From Acidobacteriota bacterium (GTDB taxonomy: Bacteria > Acidobacteriota > UBA890 > WLXD01): DNA of 64,000 nt. The notes beneath the pieces were generated by a model. The model had not been told where the DNA came from. It was given only the letters and a program-made list of their open reading frames with translations, and made no database searches. This document shows, one piece after another, positions 37,298 to 47,330 of this stretch. The DNA lies in assembly GCA_963666055.2 (NCBI GenBank), contig CAXWPH010000001.1, positions 1 to 64,000 of the forward strand. The letters are read 5' to 3'. A program made the translations under genes and the position numbers. Positions within the stretch are counted from its first letter, which is position 1, and the number at the start of each line of letters is the position of its first letter.

Positions 37298-38967
37298 GAT
37301 ACCGCGGCACGGCTCGGTTGCCAGGATTGGGGTTGCTGGGGTTGGTTGTGTCCGTGGTGGTTGCTGCGTTCTCGTTACACGAAGGGGCTACCGCTGCTGC
37401 TGCACAGGCACCGGGCGTAGCGCCTCCGGTGACCGCCGAGCGCCTCGAGCAGGCAGCCGATGAGCCGCACAACTGGCTGATGTATACGGGCTCGTACGCC
37501 AGCAATCAGTACAGCGCGCTAGCACAGATCGACCGCCACAACATCGCCGACATGCGCGTCGAGTGGGTTCATCAGTTCCGCACGCTGTCGACCGTCGAGA
37601 CCTCCCCGGTCGTCGCGGATGGGCTGATGATCATCACCGAGTCGCCCAGCAACGTGATCGCCCTCGACGCGGCCACGGGCCGACCCTACTGGAAGTACAC
37701 GCACCCCGTGCCCAGGAAGCTCACGATGTGCTGCGGCCTGAACAACAGGGGCGTCGCCATACTCGGCGATTCAGTCTACGTCGGCACCGTCGACGGACGG
37801 CTGCTGGCGCTCGATCTCAAGACCGGGAGCGTGATCTGGAACGCTGAGGTCGCCCGTCCCGACGCCGGCTACAGCATCACTGCGGCACCATTGATCGTGA
37901 AGAACAAGGTCATCACTGGCGTGGCTGGCGGCGAGTATGGCATTCGAGGCTTCCTGGATGCCTACGACGCCAAAACCGGTGAACGCCTGTGGCGTTTCTA
38001 CACGATCCCGGGTGAAGGCGAAGTCGGCAACGACTCGTGGGGCGGCGACTCCTGGCAGCGCGGCGGCGCCCCGACCTGGTTGACGGGATCGTACGACCCC
38101 GAGCTCGACCTGCTCTATTGGGGAACCGGCAACCCGAGCCCGGATTGGAATGGCGACGTCCGACCGGGCGACAACCTCTACGCCAACAGCGTCGTCGCTC
38201 TCGATCCCGAAAGCGGACAGCTTCGCTGGTACCACCAGTTCACGCCACACGACACCCACGATTGGGATGCCAACCAGACCATGGTGTTGATGGATGCCAC
38301 CGTCGACGGGACACCGCGCAAGCTGCTGCTGACCGCCAACCGAAACGGCTTCTACTACGTCATCGATCGCGAGAGCGGCGAGTTCCTTCGGGCCAAAGCC
38401 TACGCCAAGCAGACTTGGGCGTCAGGCATGGATGAGCAGGGGCGGCCGATCCTCATTCCCGGCCTCGAACCCAACGAAGAGGGTGTGCTTGTCTACCCGG
38501 GCTGGACGGGCGGCACCAACTGGTGGTCGCCCAGCTACAGTCGCAGCTCGGGTCTGTTCTACGTGCGGTCCATCGACGCCGCCGACGTGTACTACAAGCG
38601 CGAGGAAGAATACGTCGAGGGCGATCTGTACTACGGTGGCACCACCGAGGCGGCCGACCATATGGCTAACGTCACGGCGGCGATTCGCGCCCTGGACCCG
38701 TTGACCGGTGACCTGCGATGGGAGTATCCGATCACTCCTTCAGTCTCCTTCGGCGCTGGAATTCTGACGACGGCGGGCGGTCTGCTGTTCTCCGGCACTG
38801 TCGACGGGTATCTATTCGCCCTCGACGATCGCACCGGTGACGTCCTCTGGCACCTCAGCGTCGGCGGAACCGCGCACGCCGGCCCCATGACCTATAGCGT
38901 CGAGGGCCGCCAGTTCATCAGCGTGGCGGTGCAGAACTCGCTACTTACCTTCGCACTCCCAGAATAG
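37294..38967 (+). CDS. PQQ-dependent dehydrogenase, alcohol/methanol family
   Basis: NWLMY...YSAL.QI, vicinal CC (MCCGLNNRG), GGEYGIRG, WGTGNP, RPGDNLY, TPHDTHDWD, ANRNG and GGTNW motifs. Confidence 0.88.
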   Translation: MRYRGTARLPGLGLLGLVVSVVVAAFSLHEGATAAAAQAPGVAPPVTAERLEQAADEPHNWLMYTGSYASNQYSALAQIDRHNIADMRVEWVHQFRTLSTVETSPVVADGLMIITESPSNVIALDAATGRPYWKYTHPVPRKLTMCCGLNNRGVAILGDSVYVGTVDGRLLALDLKTGSVIWNAEVARPDAGYSITAAPLIVKNKVITGVAGGEYGIRGFLDAYDAKTGERLWRFYTIPGEGEVGNDSWGGDSWQRGGAPTWLTGSYDPELDLLYWGTGNPSPDWNGDVRPGDNLYANSVVALDPESGQLRWYHQFTPHDTHDWDANQTMVLMDATVDGTPRKLLLTANRNGFYYVIDRESGEFLRAKAYAKQTWASGMDEQGRPILIPGLEPNEEGVLVYPGWTGGTNWWSPSYSRSSGLFYVRSIDAADVYYKREEEYVEGDLYYGGTTEAADHMANVTAAIRALDPLTGDLRWEYPITPSVSFGAGILTTAGGLLFSGTVDGYLFALDDRTGDVLWHLSVGGTAHAGPMTYSVEGRQFISVAVQNSLLTFALPE

Positions 38968-38990
38968 ACAGGAAGCTGCTCGAGGCCGAC

Positions 38991-41243
38991 ATGCCCACGA
39001 ATCAACCCCGCGGCTCGAGCAACCCCAAGCTCGAGCTTCGGCGAGAGAACCTAGACTCCCCAGCGGTGCAGAAGCTCTTCGCCGCCGCATCGCACACGGC
39101 GCTGCTGCGGCGGGTCCTCAGCAGCGTCCTTTCCGTCGCCGCGCTGGCCGTCCTGGCATCGGGCTGTGTCGCGAGAACGGCGAGCACAGATGCGGATGCC
39201 AACCTCTCGGCCCGCGTCGACGAGTTGTTCACCGATTTCACCGATGGGGGTGCAGCCTGGCGTGGCGGTCATGGTGGTCCGGGACGGTGAGATCGTCCAC
39301 CAGGTAGGCTACGGCTATGCCGACGTCGAGAATCAGGTTCCGCTGGCGCCTGACACGGGAGTGCGCCTGGGGTCGGTCACCAAGCAGTTCGTCTGCATGA
39401 CAGTGATGCTGCTGGCCGAGCGCGGACTGCTCGACTACGACGACCCGGTCAGCAAGTACATCCCAGAGATCTCCGAGCGCTACGGCGACGAGATCACCGT
39501 GCGGAAACCTGATGAACCACACCGGCGGCCTGCCCGACTACTACCCGGCGCTTGATGAATACGTGACCGATCGTGTGCCGAACAACGAGGACGGAGCGGC
39601 CGCCTACGCTCGTTGGGGTGAAGCGGTATTCCCTCCCGGAGATCGCTACGAGTACAGCAACTCCGGATACGAGATTCTGAGCCTCATCGTGCAACGCGTG
39701 GCCGAGGAGCCGTTCTCGAGCTTCATCGCGGCGAACATCTTCGAGCCGCTGGGCATGACCGGTGCGATCGCCTGGGACGACCCGGCCCAAGGTGATTCAC
39801 AACCGCGCCTTCGGCTACTCGCCCACCGACGTGGGCTTCGAGCTCAACGACGATCACCGCATGAACTACATGATGGGGGCAGGCGGAATCTACGCCAGCT
39901 TGCAAGACATGCACCGCTGGGACCAGGCGCTCTACACACAGCAGCTGGTGAGCGCAAAGACGCTACGCCAGGCATTCACCCCGGCGCGCATCAACAGCTT
40001 CGAAGACATCGGGTACGGCTTCGGCTGGCGCATCGGTGCGTATCAGGGCCACCGACGCATCTCCCACGGCGGCAGTTGGGTCGGCTTTCGCACCGCCATC
40101 GCGCGCCATCCCGATGCCAGCTTCAGCATCGTCCTGCTGTCTAACCGCGCCGATTTCGACAGCAGCGAGTTCATCGATCCGATCACCGACATCTACCTCG
40201 ATCCGCTCAGCGCCGAGGCGCGCGTCGACAACGTTTTGGGTTTCATGGACCGGGGCGCCCAGCCTGGAGCCGCGGTGCTTGTCGCACGAGACGGCGAGAT
40301 CCTCTACAGCGGCGGGTACGGCCTTGCCGAGGTGGCCGAGGGTATTCCGATCGACGCCGATACGAACTTCCGGCTGGGCTCGGTGTCGAAGCAATTCGTG
40401 GCGATGGCGGTCATGATCCTGGCAAAGGACGGCAGGCTGGGTCTCGACGACCCGATCGCCAAGCATCTCCCCGAGCTGCGGCGGTTCTCCGACATCACCA
40501 TCCGCCACTTGCTGGTACATACCGGCGGACTGCCGGAGTACTACGACGAGATCGAGCGGCGCTTCGCCGGGCAGCGGCCCGGCAACGAGGAGGCTGTTTC
40601 GGTGCTCGCCGATTGGGGCGAGCCGCTCTTTGACCCAGGTGAGCGGCACCAGTACAGCAACCCGGGCTATGACACGCTCGCGGGCCTCGTAGCACGCGTG
40701 TCGGGGCAGCCGTTCAGTGAGTTCGTCGACGAACGCATCTTCACGCCGCTCGGCATGACCCGATCATTCGTTCCCGACTACGCCGGCAGCTGGCCGTCGG
40801 GGCCCGACGATACGCTGCCGCAGATCGACAACCGCGCCATCGGTCACTCGCGGGCCGGCGACGGCTTCGAGGTCGATGACGACCACATGCTGAACTCGAT
40901 CGTCGGCGCCGGCGGTGTCTTCTCCACGGTGACGGATCTACTCCGCTGGGACCAGGCCCTCTACACGGACCGGCTGGTTAGCCACGCCACCCTCGACGAA
41001 GCGTTCACCTCCGGCGTCCTCAACGACGGCAGCGAGTTCGGCTACGGCTTCGGCTGGGGCGTCGACTCGCACCGCGGCCATCGACGGATCTCGCACGGCG
41101 GGGCCTGGGTCGGCTTCCGGACAGTGATCGTTCGCTACCCGGAGATCCGCCTGACCGTGATTGTCCTGACCAATCTGTCCATGCGCAATCCGAACGCCCT
41201 GGCCGACGAGCTCGCTGTATCGTTCTTCGAGCCAACCGATTGA
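38991..41243 (+). pseudogene. Tandem two-domain serine hydrolase (beta-lactamase family) lipoprotein, interrupted by three +1 frameshifts (possibly sequencing errors)
   Basis: Two sets of SxxK (SVTK, SVSK), YSN and HGG motifs spread over four consecutive ORF segments; extra bases in G5 (~39246), A3 (~39505) and C3 (~39786). Confidence 0.75.
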
Positions 41244-41265
41244 CGGCGCGAAAGGAGCGCATTCG

Positions 41266-42030
41266 ATGCGAGGTTTGAGGGGGAAGAACGTCGTTGTCAC
41301 CGGCGGCGCCAGCGGCATTGGGCAGGCCACCGCGACCCGCTTCCTGGAGGAGGGCTGCGCGGTTTGTGTGCTCGATCGCAGCGCCGAGGCACGCGAACGG
41401 GTGGCGGCGGAGCTACCTACTTTGGCAGGTGTGATCGACGCCGATGTCTCGCAGCTCGAGCAGGTGCAGGCAGCGTTCAAGGAGGCTATCGAGCGCATGG
41501 GGTCGGTGGATGTGCTGATCAACAACGCCGGGATCAGCATCCGGCACGACTTCCTCGAGATCACTCCCGAAGAGTGGGACGAGGTGTTGGGGGTCAACCT
41601 GAAGGGCGTTTTCTTGGTGGCACAAACGGCGGCACGCCACATGATGGAACGGGGCGCAGGGGTGATTCTGAACACCGCTTCTACCGGCGGAAGCACCGGC
41701 TACCCGCACTATGCCGACTACAACGCCAGCAAGGGCGGGGTTATGGCGCTGACCCAGTCGATGGCGCTCGAGCTCGCCCCGACGGTTCGCGTCAACGCCA
41801 TTTCCCCGGGCTATGTGCTGACGCCCATGCAACGCGCCGAGTACAGCGACGCCATGCTCGACGCCGTGAACCGCAAGATCCCGCTCGGCCGCCACGCCAA
41901 GCCCGAAGAAATCGCCGCTCTGTTCGCCTTTCTCGCCTCCGAGGACGCGGCCTTCACTACGGGCCACGTGTACGTGATGGACGGGGCCGAAACTACAGGC
42001 GGCCTCTGCAGCCAGTGGAGCCACGAGTAA
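41266..42030 (+). CDS. Short-chain dehydrogenase/reductase (SDR)
   Basis: TGGASGIG, NNAG, YNASK and VNAISPG motifs; AAGGAG RBS. Confidence 0.92.
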   Translation: MRGLRGKNVVVTGGASGIGQATATRFLEEGCAVCVLDRSAEARERVAAELPTLAGVIDADVSQLEQVQAAFKEAIERMGSVDVLINNAGISIRHDFLEITPEEWDEVLGVNLKGVFLVAQTAARHMMERGAGVILNTASTGGSTGYPHYADYNASKGGVMALTQSMALELAPTVRVNAISPGYVLTPMQRAEYSDAMLDAVNRKIPLGRHAKPEEIAALFAFLASEDAAFTTGHVYVMDGAETTGGLCSQWSHE

Positions 42031-42091
42031 AGTACTTGCGGCAGGCGTCCAGCGCCTCGCTGGACACAAAGCGGACAGGAGGATCATCTCA

Positions 42092-42283
42092 ATGAAACTC
42101 GAGGGGAAGGTTGCCCTGATCACCGGCGGGCACTCGACATCCTGTTCAACAACGCACGGTCCCGACGGGATCCGCGTCAACTGTGTCTGCCCCGGTGATA
42201 TCGAAACGCCGATGCTGTCCGACGACTCCTCCTTCGTTACCGGCGAGGCGCTGGTGGTCGACGGCGGGGGTGTTGCCGGCTAG
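42092..42283 (+). pseudogene. Multiply internally deleted SDR remnant (63 aa)
   Basis: KVALITGG, out-of-frame LDILFNNA, GIRVNCVCPG and SFVTGEALVVDGG joined directly; intact GGAGGA RBS and stop. Confidence 0.75.
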
Positions 42284-42351
42284 AAACGCCAACCAGTGCG
42301 TCCCACACCAGCTTTGACAGGTCCGGGCGATCGGTGCGAACGTTGCCCGCC

Positions 42352-43509
42352 ATGCACGAGGATCTAGTGAGCCAGGAACCATCCATCGAGGACCCGTCGG
42401 GCGGCCCGGATTGGACTCGCCGAAAGCTGCTGATGTCGGTCGGCGGCGTGGCGATCGTCGCTCCGTTCCTTCGCGGACGGCGAGCCAGTACCGAAGCCCC
42501 CTACATCATCCGCTACACCTCGCACGTGCCGCGCTCGCACGGCCTCTACACCGAGGGCTTCGTCCCTTTCCAGAAGTTGGTCGAGGAGGAGATGGGAGAT
42601 CGCCTTCGCCTCGAAGGCTATATGGACAGGTTGCTGCATGGCCCGCTAGACGGGTTCAAGGCCTCGATCACCGGCATCTCCGACTACACCCACGGTTACG
42701 CCGGGTACCAGCCCGGTAGCTTCCATCTACTGCACGCGCTGCAGCTACCGTTCCTGTTTGCCAGTCCGCCCGTCGCTTCGCTGGTGGCCGAGGAGCTCTA
42801 CCCGAAGCATTTCAAAGCCGAGTACGAGCGCATGGGCGTGTATCTGGCCCACTACGACACCACCAGTCCCTACAACATCATCTCCAAACGGCCGATCCGC
42901 ACGCTCGAGGACATGCAGGGCATCAAAATGCGCGTCACTGGGGGGCTGACTGCACAGGTCTTCGCGGAGCTCGGGGTGGTGCCGGTGGTGATGGCGGCAG
43001 GCGAGACCTACACGGCGTTTCAGCGCGGCATCCTGGATGCGGTGGCGCTCGGGGCGCCCGACATGGCGACCTACCGTCTCTACGAGATCGGGCGTGCCTT
43101 CACGCGCGTGGACGTCAACATGCTAGCGCTGCAATACTGCCTGAATCGACAGACCTTCGATGCCCTGCCCCCCGATATCAAGCACGACTTCTACCGGCTA
43201 CTGCGAATCCGCAGCCAGATGGCCTCTCAGAACTACTACTCGGGCCCCCGCGCCGATCGCGCCATGACAACCATCCTGGATGCGGGGGTGGAGCTGATCG
43301 AGTTATCGGAAGAGGAGACGCAGCGCTGGCGACAGCGACTGGTACCGCTCAAGGAGCGCTTCATCGCCGAGAACGAGGCACTAGGCCTGCCGGCGAGAGA
43401 GGTCGTGGACGATCTCGAGCAGGCGGCCGCGCAGTATGCCCACCTGACCAACGCCGAGATCCTCCAACGTGTCATCGAGCATCCGGTGGAAGGGATCATT
43501 GATTTCTGA
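42352..43509 (+). CDS. TRAP transporter substrate-binding protein (DctP), Tat-like signal
   Basis: LPFLF, SKRPIRTLEDMQGIKMR, GETYTAFQRGILD and FDALP motifs; N-terminal TRRKLL. Confidence 0.85.
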   Translation: MHEDLVSQEPSIEDPSGGPDWTRRKLLMSVGGVAIVAPFLRGRRASTEAPYIIRYTSHVPRSHGLYTEGFVPFQKLVEEEMGDRLRLEGYMDRLLHGPLDGFKASITGISDYTHGYAGYQPGSFHLLHALQLPFLFASPPVASLVAEELYPKHFKAEYERMGVYLAHYDTTSPYNIISKRPIRTLEDMQGIKMRVTGGLTAQVFAELGVVPVVMAAGETYTAFQRGILDAVALGAPDMATYRLYEIGRAFTRVDVNMLALQYCLNRQTFDALPPDIKHDFYRLLRIRSQMASQNYYSGPRADRAMTTILDAGVELIELSEEETQRWRQRLVPLKERFIAENEALGLPAREVVDDLEQAAAQYAHLTNAEILQRVIEHPVEGIIDF

Positions 43510-43529
43510 GCGCCTCAGGGAGCGGCCCG

Positions 43530-44036
43530 ATGCTTGAACTGACCGACCGCTGGTCGGCCCGCGCCGCACTGTGGCTCTATCGCCTCGGCGTGTACGGTGG
43601 GCTACCGGCGCTCGTGGTTCTGGTTACCGTCGACGTGTTGTTGCGCTACTTGTTCAACGCTCCGCTGCGCTGGAGCCGCGACGCCAATGGGCTGCTGCTG
43701 TTGATCTCACTGTTCGCCGCGTTGCCCTACGCCTGGGATCGGGGCTATCACATTCGCATGGAGCTGCTTTACTCGCGGCTGCGAGGGCGCCGTCGCCAGC
43801 TCGCCGATCTGCTCTCGGCACTTTCCGGGATCGTCGTGTTCGGTGCGCTGGCGGTGCAAAGTGCTCGGTTCGTCCCCTACATGGCCGCCACCTGGGAAAC
43901 CGGCGAAGACCTGATGTTGCCACTGTGGCCCTTCATGGCGTTCATGGGCGTCTGTAGCGTGGTGTTCGTGGCACGGCTGCTTTCCAACCCCGAGGGTAGA
44001 TCGGCAAGCGGGGAGGGGGAAAGCGATTGGATGTAA
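43530..44036 (+). CDS. TRAP transporter small permease (DctQ)
   Basis: Four TM segments; DV..RY.FN.P..W and HIRMEL motifs. Confidence 0.85.
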   Translation: MLELTDRWSARAALWLYRLGVYGGLPALVVLVTVDVLLRYLFNAPLRWSRDANGLLLLISLFAALPYAWDRGYHIRMELLYSRLRGRRRQLADLLSALSGIVVFGALAVQSARFVPYMAATWETGEDLMLPLWPFMAFMGVCSVVFVARLLSNPEGRSASGEGESDWM

Positions 44037-45328
44037 CGATCGTCGGCCTGCTCGGGATCGCGCTCCTGCTGGCGCTGCTGATCGTCGGGGTGCCGATCGC
44101 CTTGGCCATGGCGGTCACCGGCGTCGTGGGGCTGTGGGTTCTCGAAGGCGCATCGGCAACCATCGCCCAGGTCGTGTTGATTCCGTGGGACGAAGGGCGC
44201 AGCTTCGTGATCGTAACGATTCCGCTCTTTGTGCTCATGGGACAATTCGTATTCCACACCGGCCTCGCTGCGGATCTCTATGACGGCGTACAGAAGTGGA
44301 TCGGGCGAGTCCCGGGAGGCTTGGCGATTACCTCCGTGCTGGCGTGCGCCGGCTTCGGCGCCGTGACCGGATCGAGCATCGCCACGGTCGCCACCATGGG
44401 CTCGATCGTCATGCCCGAGATGCGACGCCACGGCTACGACGCTCGGCTTGCCACCGGGGCGCTGGCAGCATCAGGGACCCTCGGTATCCTGATTCCGCCG
44501 AGCGTCATCTTCATCTTCTATGGCGTGATGACGGAGACTTCGATCGGCGCGCTGTTCATCGCCGGCATTATCCCCGGCATCCTCACCGCCCTGACGTTCT
44601 CGGCGATCATCCTGGTGCGCTGCCTGTGGCGGCCCGAGCTGGGGCCCAAGGGGCCACCCTCGACCTGGCAGGAACGGTTGCGGGCGGTCAAACGAGTGGC
44701 GCCGATTGGCAGCCTGTTTGTTCTGGTGATCGGCGGAATCTACGCCGGGATCTTCACACCTACCGAGGCCGCCGGCATCGGATGCATGGGCGTAATTGTC
44801 GCGGCCGCGTTGCTCCGCAAGCTGACCCTGAAAGCACTTTCCCGCGGTCTCTGCAGCACCGCGCTCATCGCCTCGATGATCTTCGCCATCATCATGGGCG
44901 GCTACCTCATGGCTCGCTTTCTGGCAGTCACCGGGCTGACCCAGGGCATCGTCAGCTTCCTCGTCGACATGCAGCTCGGGCGGGTGTCGTTTCTGCTTCT
45001 GCTGGTCGTGCTGTTCCTGATCCTGGGGGCGATGCTCGACGTCTTCGGCATGCTCGTGCTCACCATCCCGTTCGTTGTGCCTGTGATTGAGGAGCTCGGC
45101 ATCGACCTCATCTGGTTCGGGGTCTTCGCCGTCATCATGGCCGAGCTTGCGCTGGTAACTCCGCCGATCGGGGCAAACGTCTTTGTCATGCGCCGCGTAG
45201 CGCCCGAGGTGCCGATGGGCGACATCTTTCTCGGTGTCGCGCCGTTCGTTGCTGGCGTCCTGGGGGTGCTCGCGTTGTTGATCGCTTTCCCGGAGTTGGC
45301 GCTGTGGCTACCGCGGCAGATGGGGTGA
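44027..45328 (+). CDS. TRAP transporter large permease (DctM)
   Basis: IPLFVLMG, GSSIAT, GTLGILIPPS, FTPTEAA and TPPIG motifs. Confidence 0.92.
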   Translation: MDVTIVGLLGIALLLALLIVGVPIALAMAVTGVVGLWVLEGASATIAQVVLIPWDEGRSFVIVTIPLFVLMGQFVFHTGLAADLYDGVQKWIGRVPGGLAITSVLACAGFGAVTGSSIATVATMGSIVMPEMRRHGYDARLATGALAASGTLGILIPPSVIFIFYGVMTETSIGALFIAGIIPGILTALTFSAIILVRCLWRPELGPKGPPSTWQERLRAVKRVAPIGSLFVLVIGGIYAGIFTPTEAAGIGCMGVIVAAALLRKLTLKALSRGLCSTALIASMIFAIIMGGYLMARFLAVTGLTQGIVSFLVDMQLGRVSFLLLLVVLFLILGAMLDVFGMLVLTIPFVVPVIEELGIDLIWFGVFAVIMAELALVTPPIGANVFVMRRVAPEVPMGDIFLGVAPFVAGVLGVLALLIAFPELALWLPRQMG

Positions 45329-45342
45329 TGGCGCGGCGCGAC

Positions 45343-45390
45343 GCCGGGGCCGTAAGAAGGACCCCTCAGGCAACCCCACGGCCCTCCGGC
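45343..45390. terminator. Imperfect inverted repeat between convergent genes
   Basis: GCCGGGGCCGT ... ACGGCCCTCCGGC with a long loop. Confidence 0.3.
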
Positions 45391-45393
45391 AAG

Positions 45394-47274
45394 CTATTCA
45401 ACGACCGGCAGGATGACGTGCGACGGATACTCGGCGGAATGGTGAACGCCGTTGTGCGCCAGTAGCCATTCGGTCTCGTCGTAGTTGTTGCCGCCGGTGT
45501 TCATGTTGCGGCTGAAGCGCGGGAAGTTGCTGCTCGACACCTCGAGTCTGACACGGTGTCCGGAACCGAAATAGTTGCTGGTGGCGTGCAGGTCGAGGCG
45601 GGCCTCGTAGACCTCGCCGGCCTGCATCCACACCTTCTTGTCGAACCCTTCCCTGTAGCGCATACGTAGCGCGCCCTCCTGCACGTTGAAGGCTCTGCCA
45701 TCGGGGTAGACGTCGATCAGCTTGGCAGTGAAGTCGGTGTCCTTGGCGGACGAGTCCACATAGAGCACGACCTCCAACGGTCCGGACACCTCTACGCCTT
45801 CGTCAAGCGCCTCCGATGTATAGACGAGCACGTCGTGTCGCATCTCGTTCACCGATTGATCGTATCCGCCCTGCCCGGTGCTCATGCCCGTGCAGCACGC
45901 CTGGCCGCCTAGCGACATCACCGGGGTGGCGGGATCGTAGGTGAATCGATCAGCTGGCTCATCGCCCGGCGGCGCGGCACTCAGCAACCCGTCGCCGAGT
46001 CGACTGTTGGCGCGGCCGCCGCTATGCAAGTAGAGCTTCCTGTAGCTCGTACCGGCAGGCGGCCATGTATCGGCGGAACGCCACTCGTTCATTCCCATGA
46101 GGTAGTAGCTCACGTGCGGCATCTCGGTGACGCTGTTGTCGATTCCCTTCAGCCAGTAATCGAACCAGTCGAGATAGAGATCGACGAAGCCCCTGCGCGC
46201 ATCGCCGAGATCGCGCTCGCCGACGATGGTGCGCTCGGTAGCAGCACTGTGGCCACAGTGGGTCGTCGGGGCGACGATGAGGAACTGGTTGTCGCGCGCC
46301 CGTTGGCTCACCGAGCTCTCACGCATCTGGTTGAACAGCATGAGCGTCTCGCCGACGGCAAAGTCGTACCAGCTGTCAACGTACAGTGCCGCTGTATCGA
46401 AGCTGTCGTCGGCGCGAACGAAGTCCAGCTCCTGGAAATACTCTGCTTCCGGAGCATTGGAGGCGTAGTCCTCGTAGTCGGTCTCCGCGGCACCGGACTT
46501 TTTCACTACATCGATGATCGGCAACGTCCAGTAAAGCCCCAGCCGATCTACCCGCTGACGCTCAGGACCGGTGCGGAAGAGCTTGGCCTGTTCGGAGCCG
46601 AACCACTCTTCGCGGTCGACCCAGTCGGGAGGGCCGTAAAAGAGCTTCGTCGGGTTGCTGATAAACCAGCCCGCGGTTTGTGCCAGCTCGAAGGCACCAC
46701 CATCGAACGACGCCCATGGCCGACCGGGTGCGTAGTACGTCCCTGACGGAGCCATCGGTACGGCCGCCACGTGATTCGGATGCCGCGCCGCCATTAGCTC
46801 CAGCTGTACCCCACCGCGATACGAGCAGCCAAAGGTCGCCACCTTGCCGCTGGACCAGGGCCGCGTGCTCAACCACTCCACGGTGTCGTATCCGTCGTTA
46901 CGGTCGGTGGCGTGTACCACGTATCGACCCTCCGACTCGTAGCGGCCGCGGATGTCTTGCATGGCGACTACGTAGCCCTGGCCAACAAACGTCTCGACGT
47001 CGACCCGGTTTCCACCCTCCTTGCCGTACGGCGTGCGCACCAAGATCGTCGGCAGCGGCTCCGTCGCCCCCGCGGGGAAGTACAGGTCGGTCGACAGTGC
47101 GGCCCCGTCGCGCATCGGCACCATGACGCCGACATCGGGCCGAACGGAGTACGTGGCCTCGCGGCTATGGCCTCCGTCCATCTGCGCCCAACCTGTACCG
47201 ATGGAGATCACGGTGGCCAGACTCATACAGACGGCGAAGAGAGTGCTGCGGAGCTCTGCACGCCGTATGGTCAT
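45394..47274 (-). CDS. CocE/NonD family hydrolase, exported
   Basis: PMRDG..L..D.Y.P, RTPY, QDIRGRYESEG, GCSY, SWYD, DTDFTAKLIDVYPDG and SSSNFPR motifs; CAGGAG RBS. Confidence 0.9.
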   Translation of the reverse strand: MTIRRAELRSTLFAVCMSLATVISIGTGWAQMDGGHSREATYSVRPDVGVMVPMRDGAALSTDLYFPAGATEPLPTILVRTPYGKEGGNRVDVETFVGQGYVVAMQDIRGRYESEGRYVVHATDRNDGYDTVEWLSTRPWSSGKVATFGCSYRGGVQLELMAARHPNHVAAVPMAPSGTYYAPGRPWASFDGGAFELAQTAGWFISNPTKLFYGPPDWVDREEWFGSEQAKLFRTGPERQRVDRLGLYWTLPIIDVVKKSGAAETDYEDYASNAPEAEYFQELDFVRADDSFDTAALYVDSWYDFAVGETLMLFNQMRESSVSQRARDNQFLIVAPTTHCGHSAATERTIVGERDLGDARRGFVDLYLDWFDYWLKGIDNSVTEMPHVSYYLMGMNEWRSADTWPPAGTSYRKLYLHSGGRANSRLGDGLLSAAPPGDEPADRFTYDPATPVMSLGGQACCTGMSTGQGGYDQSVNEMRHDVLVYTSEALDEGVEVSGPLEVVLYVDSSAKDTDFTAKLIDVYPDGRAFNVQEGALRMRYREGFDKKVWMQAGEVYEARLDLHATSNYFGSGHRVRLEVSSSNFPRFSRNMNTGGNNYDETEWLLAHNGVHHSAEYPSHVILPVVE

Positions 47275-47330
47275 CTGGATCTCCTGCATCTGCATTCGCA
47301 CTCGATAGCCTGGCTGGACAGCCACGCCTG

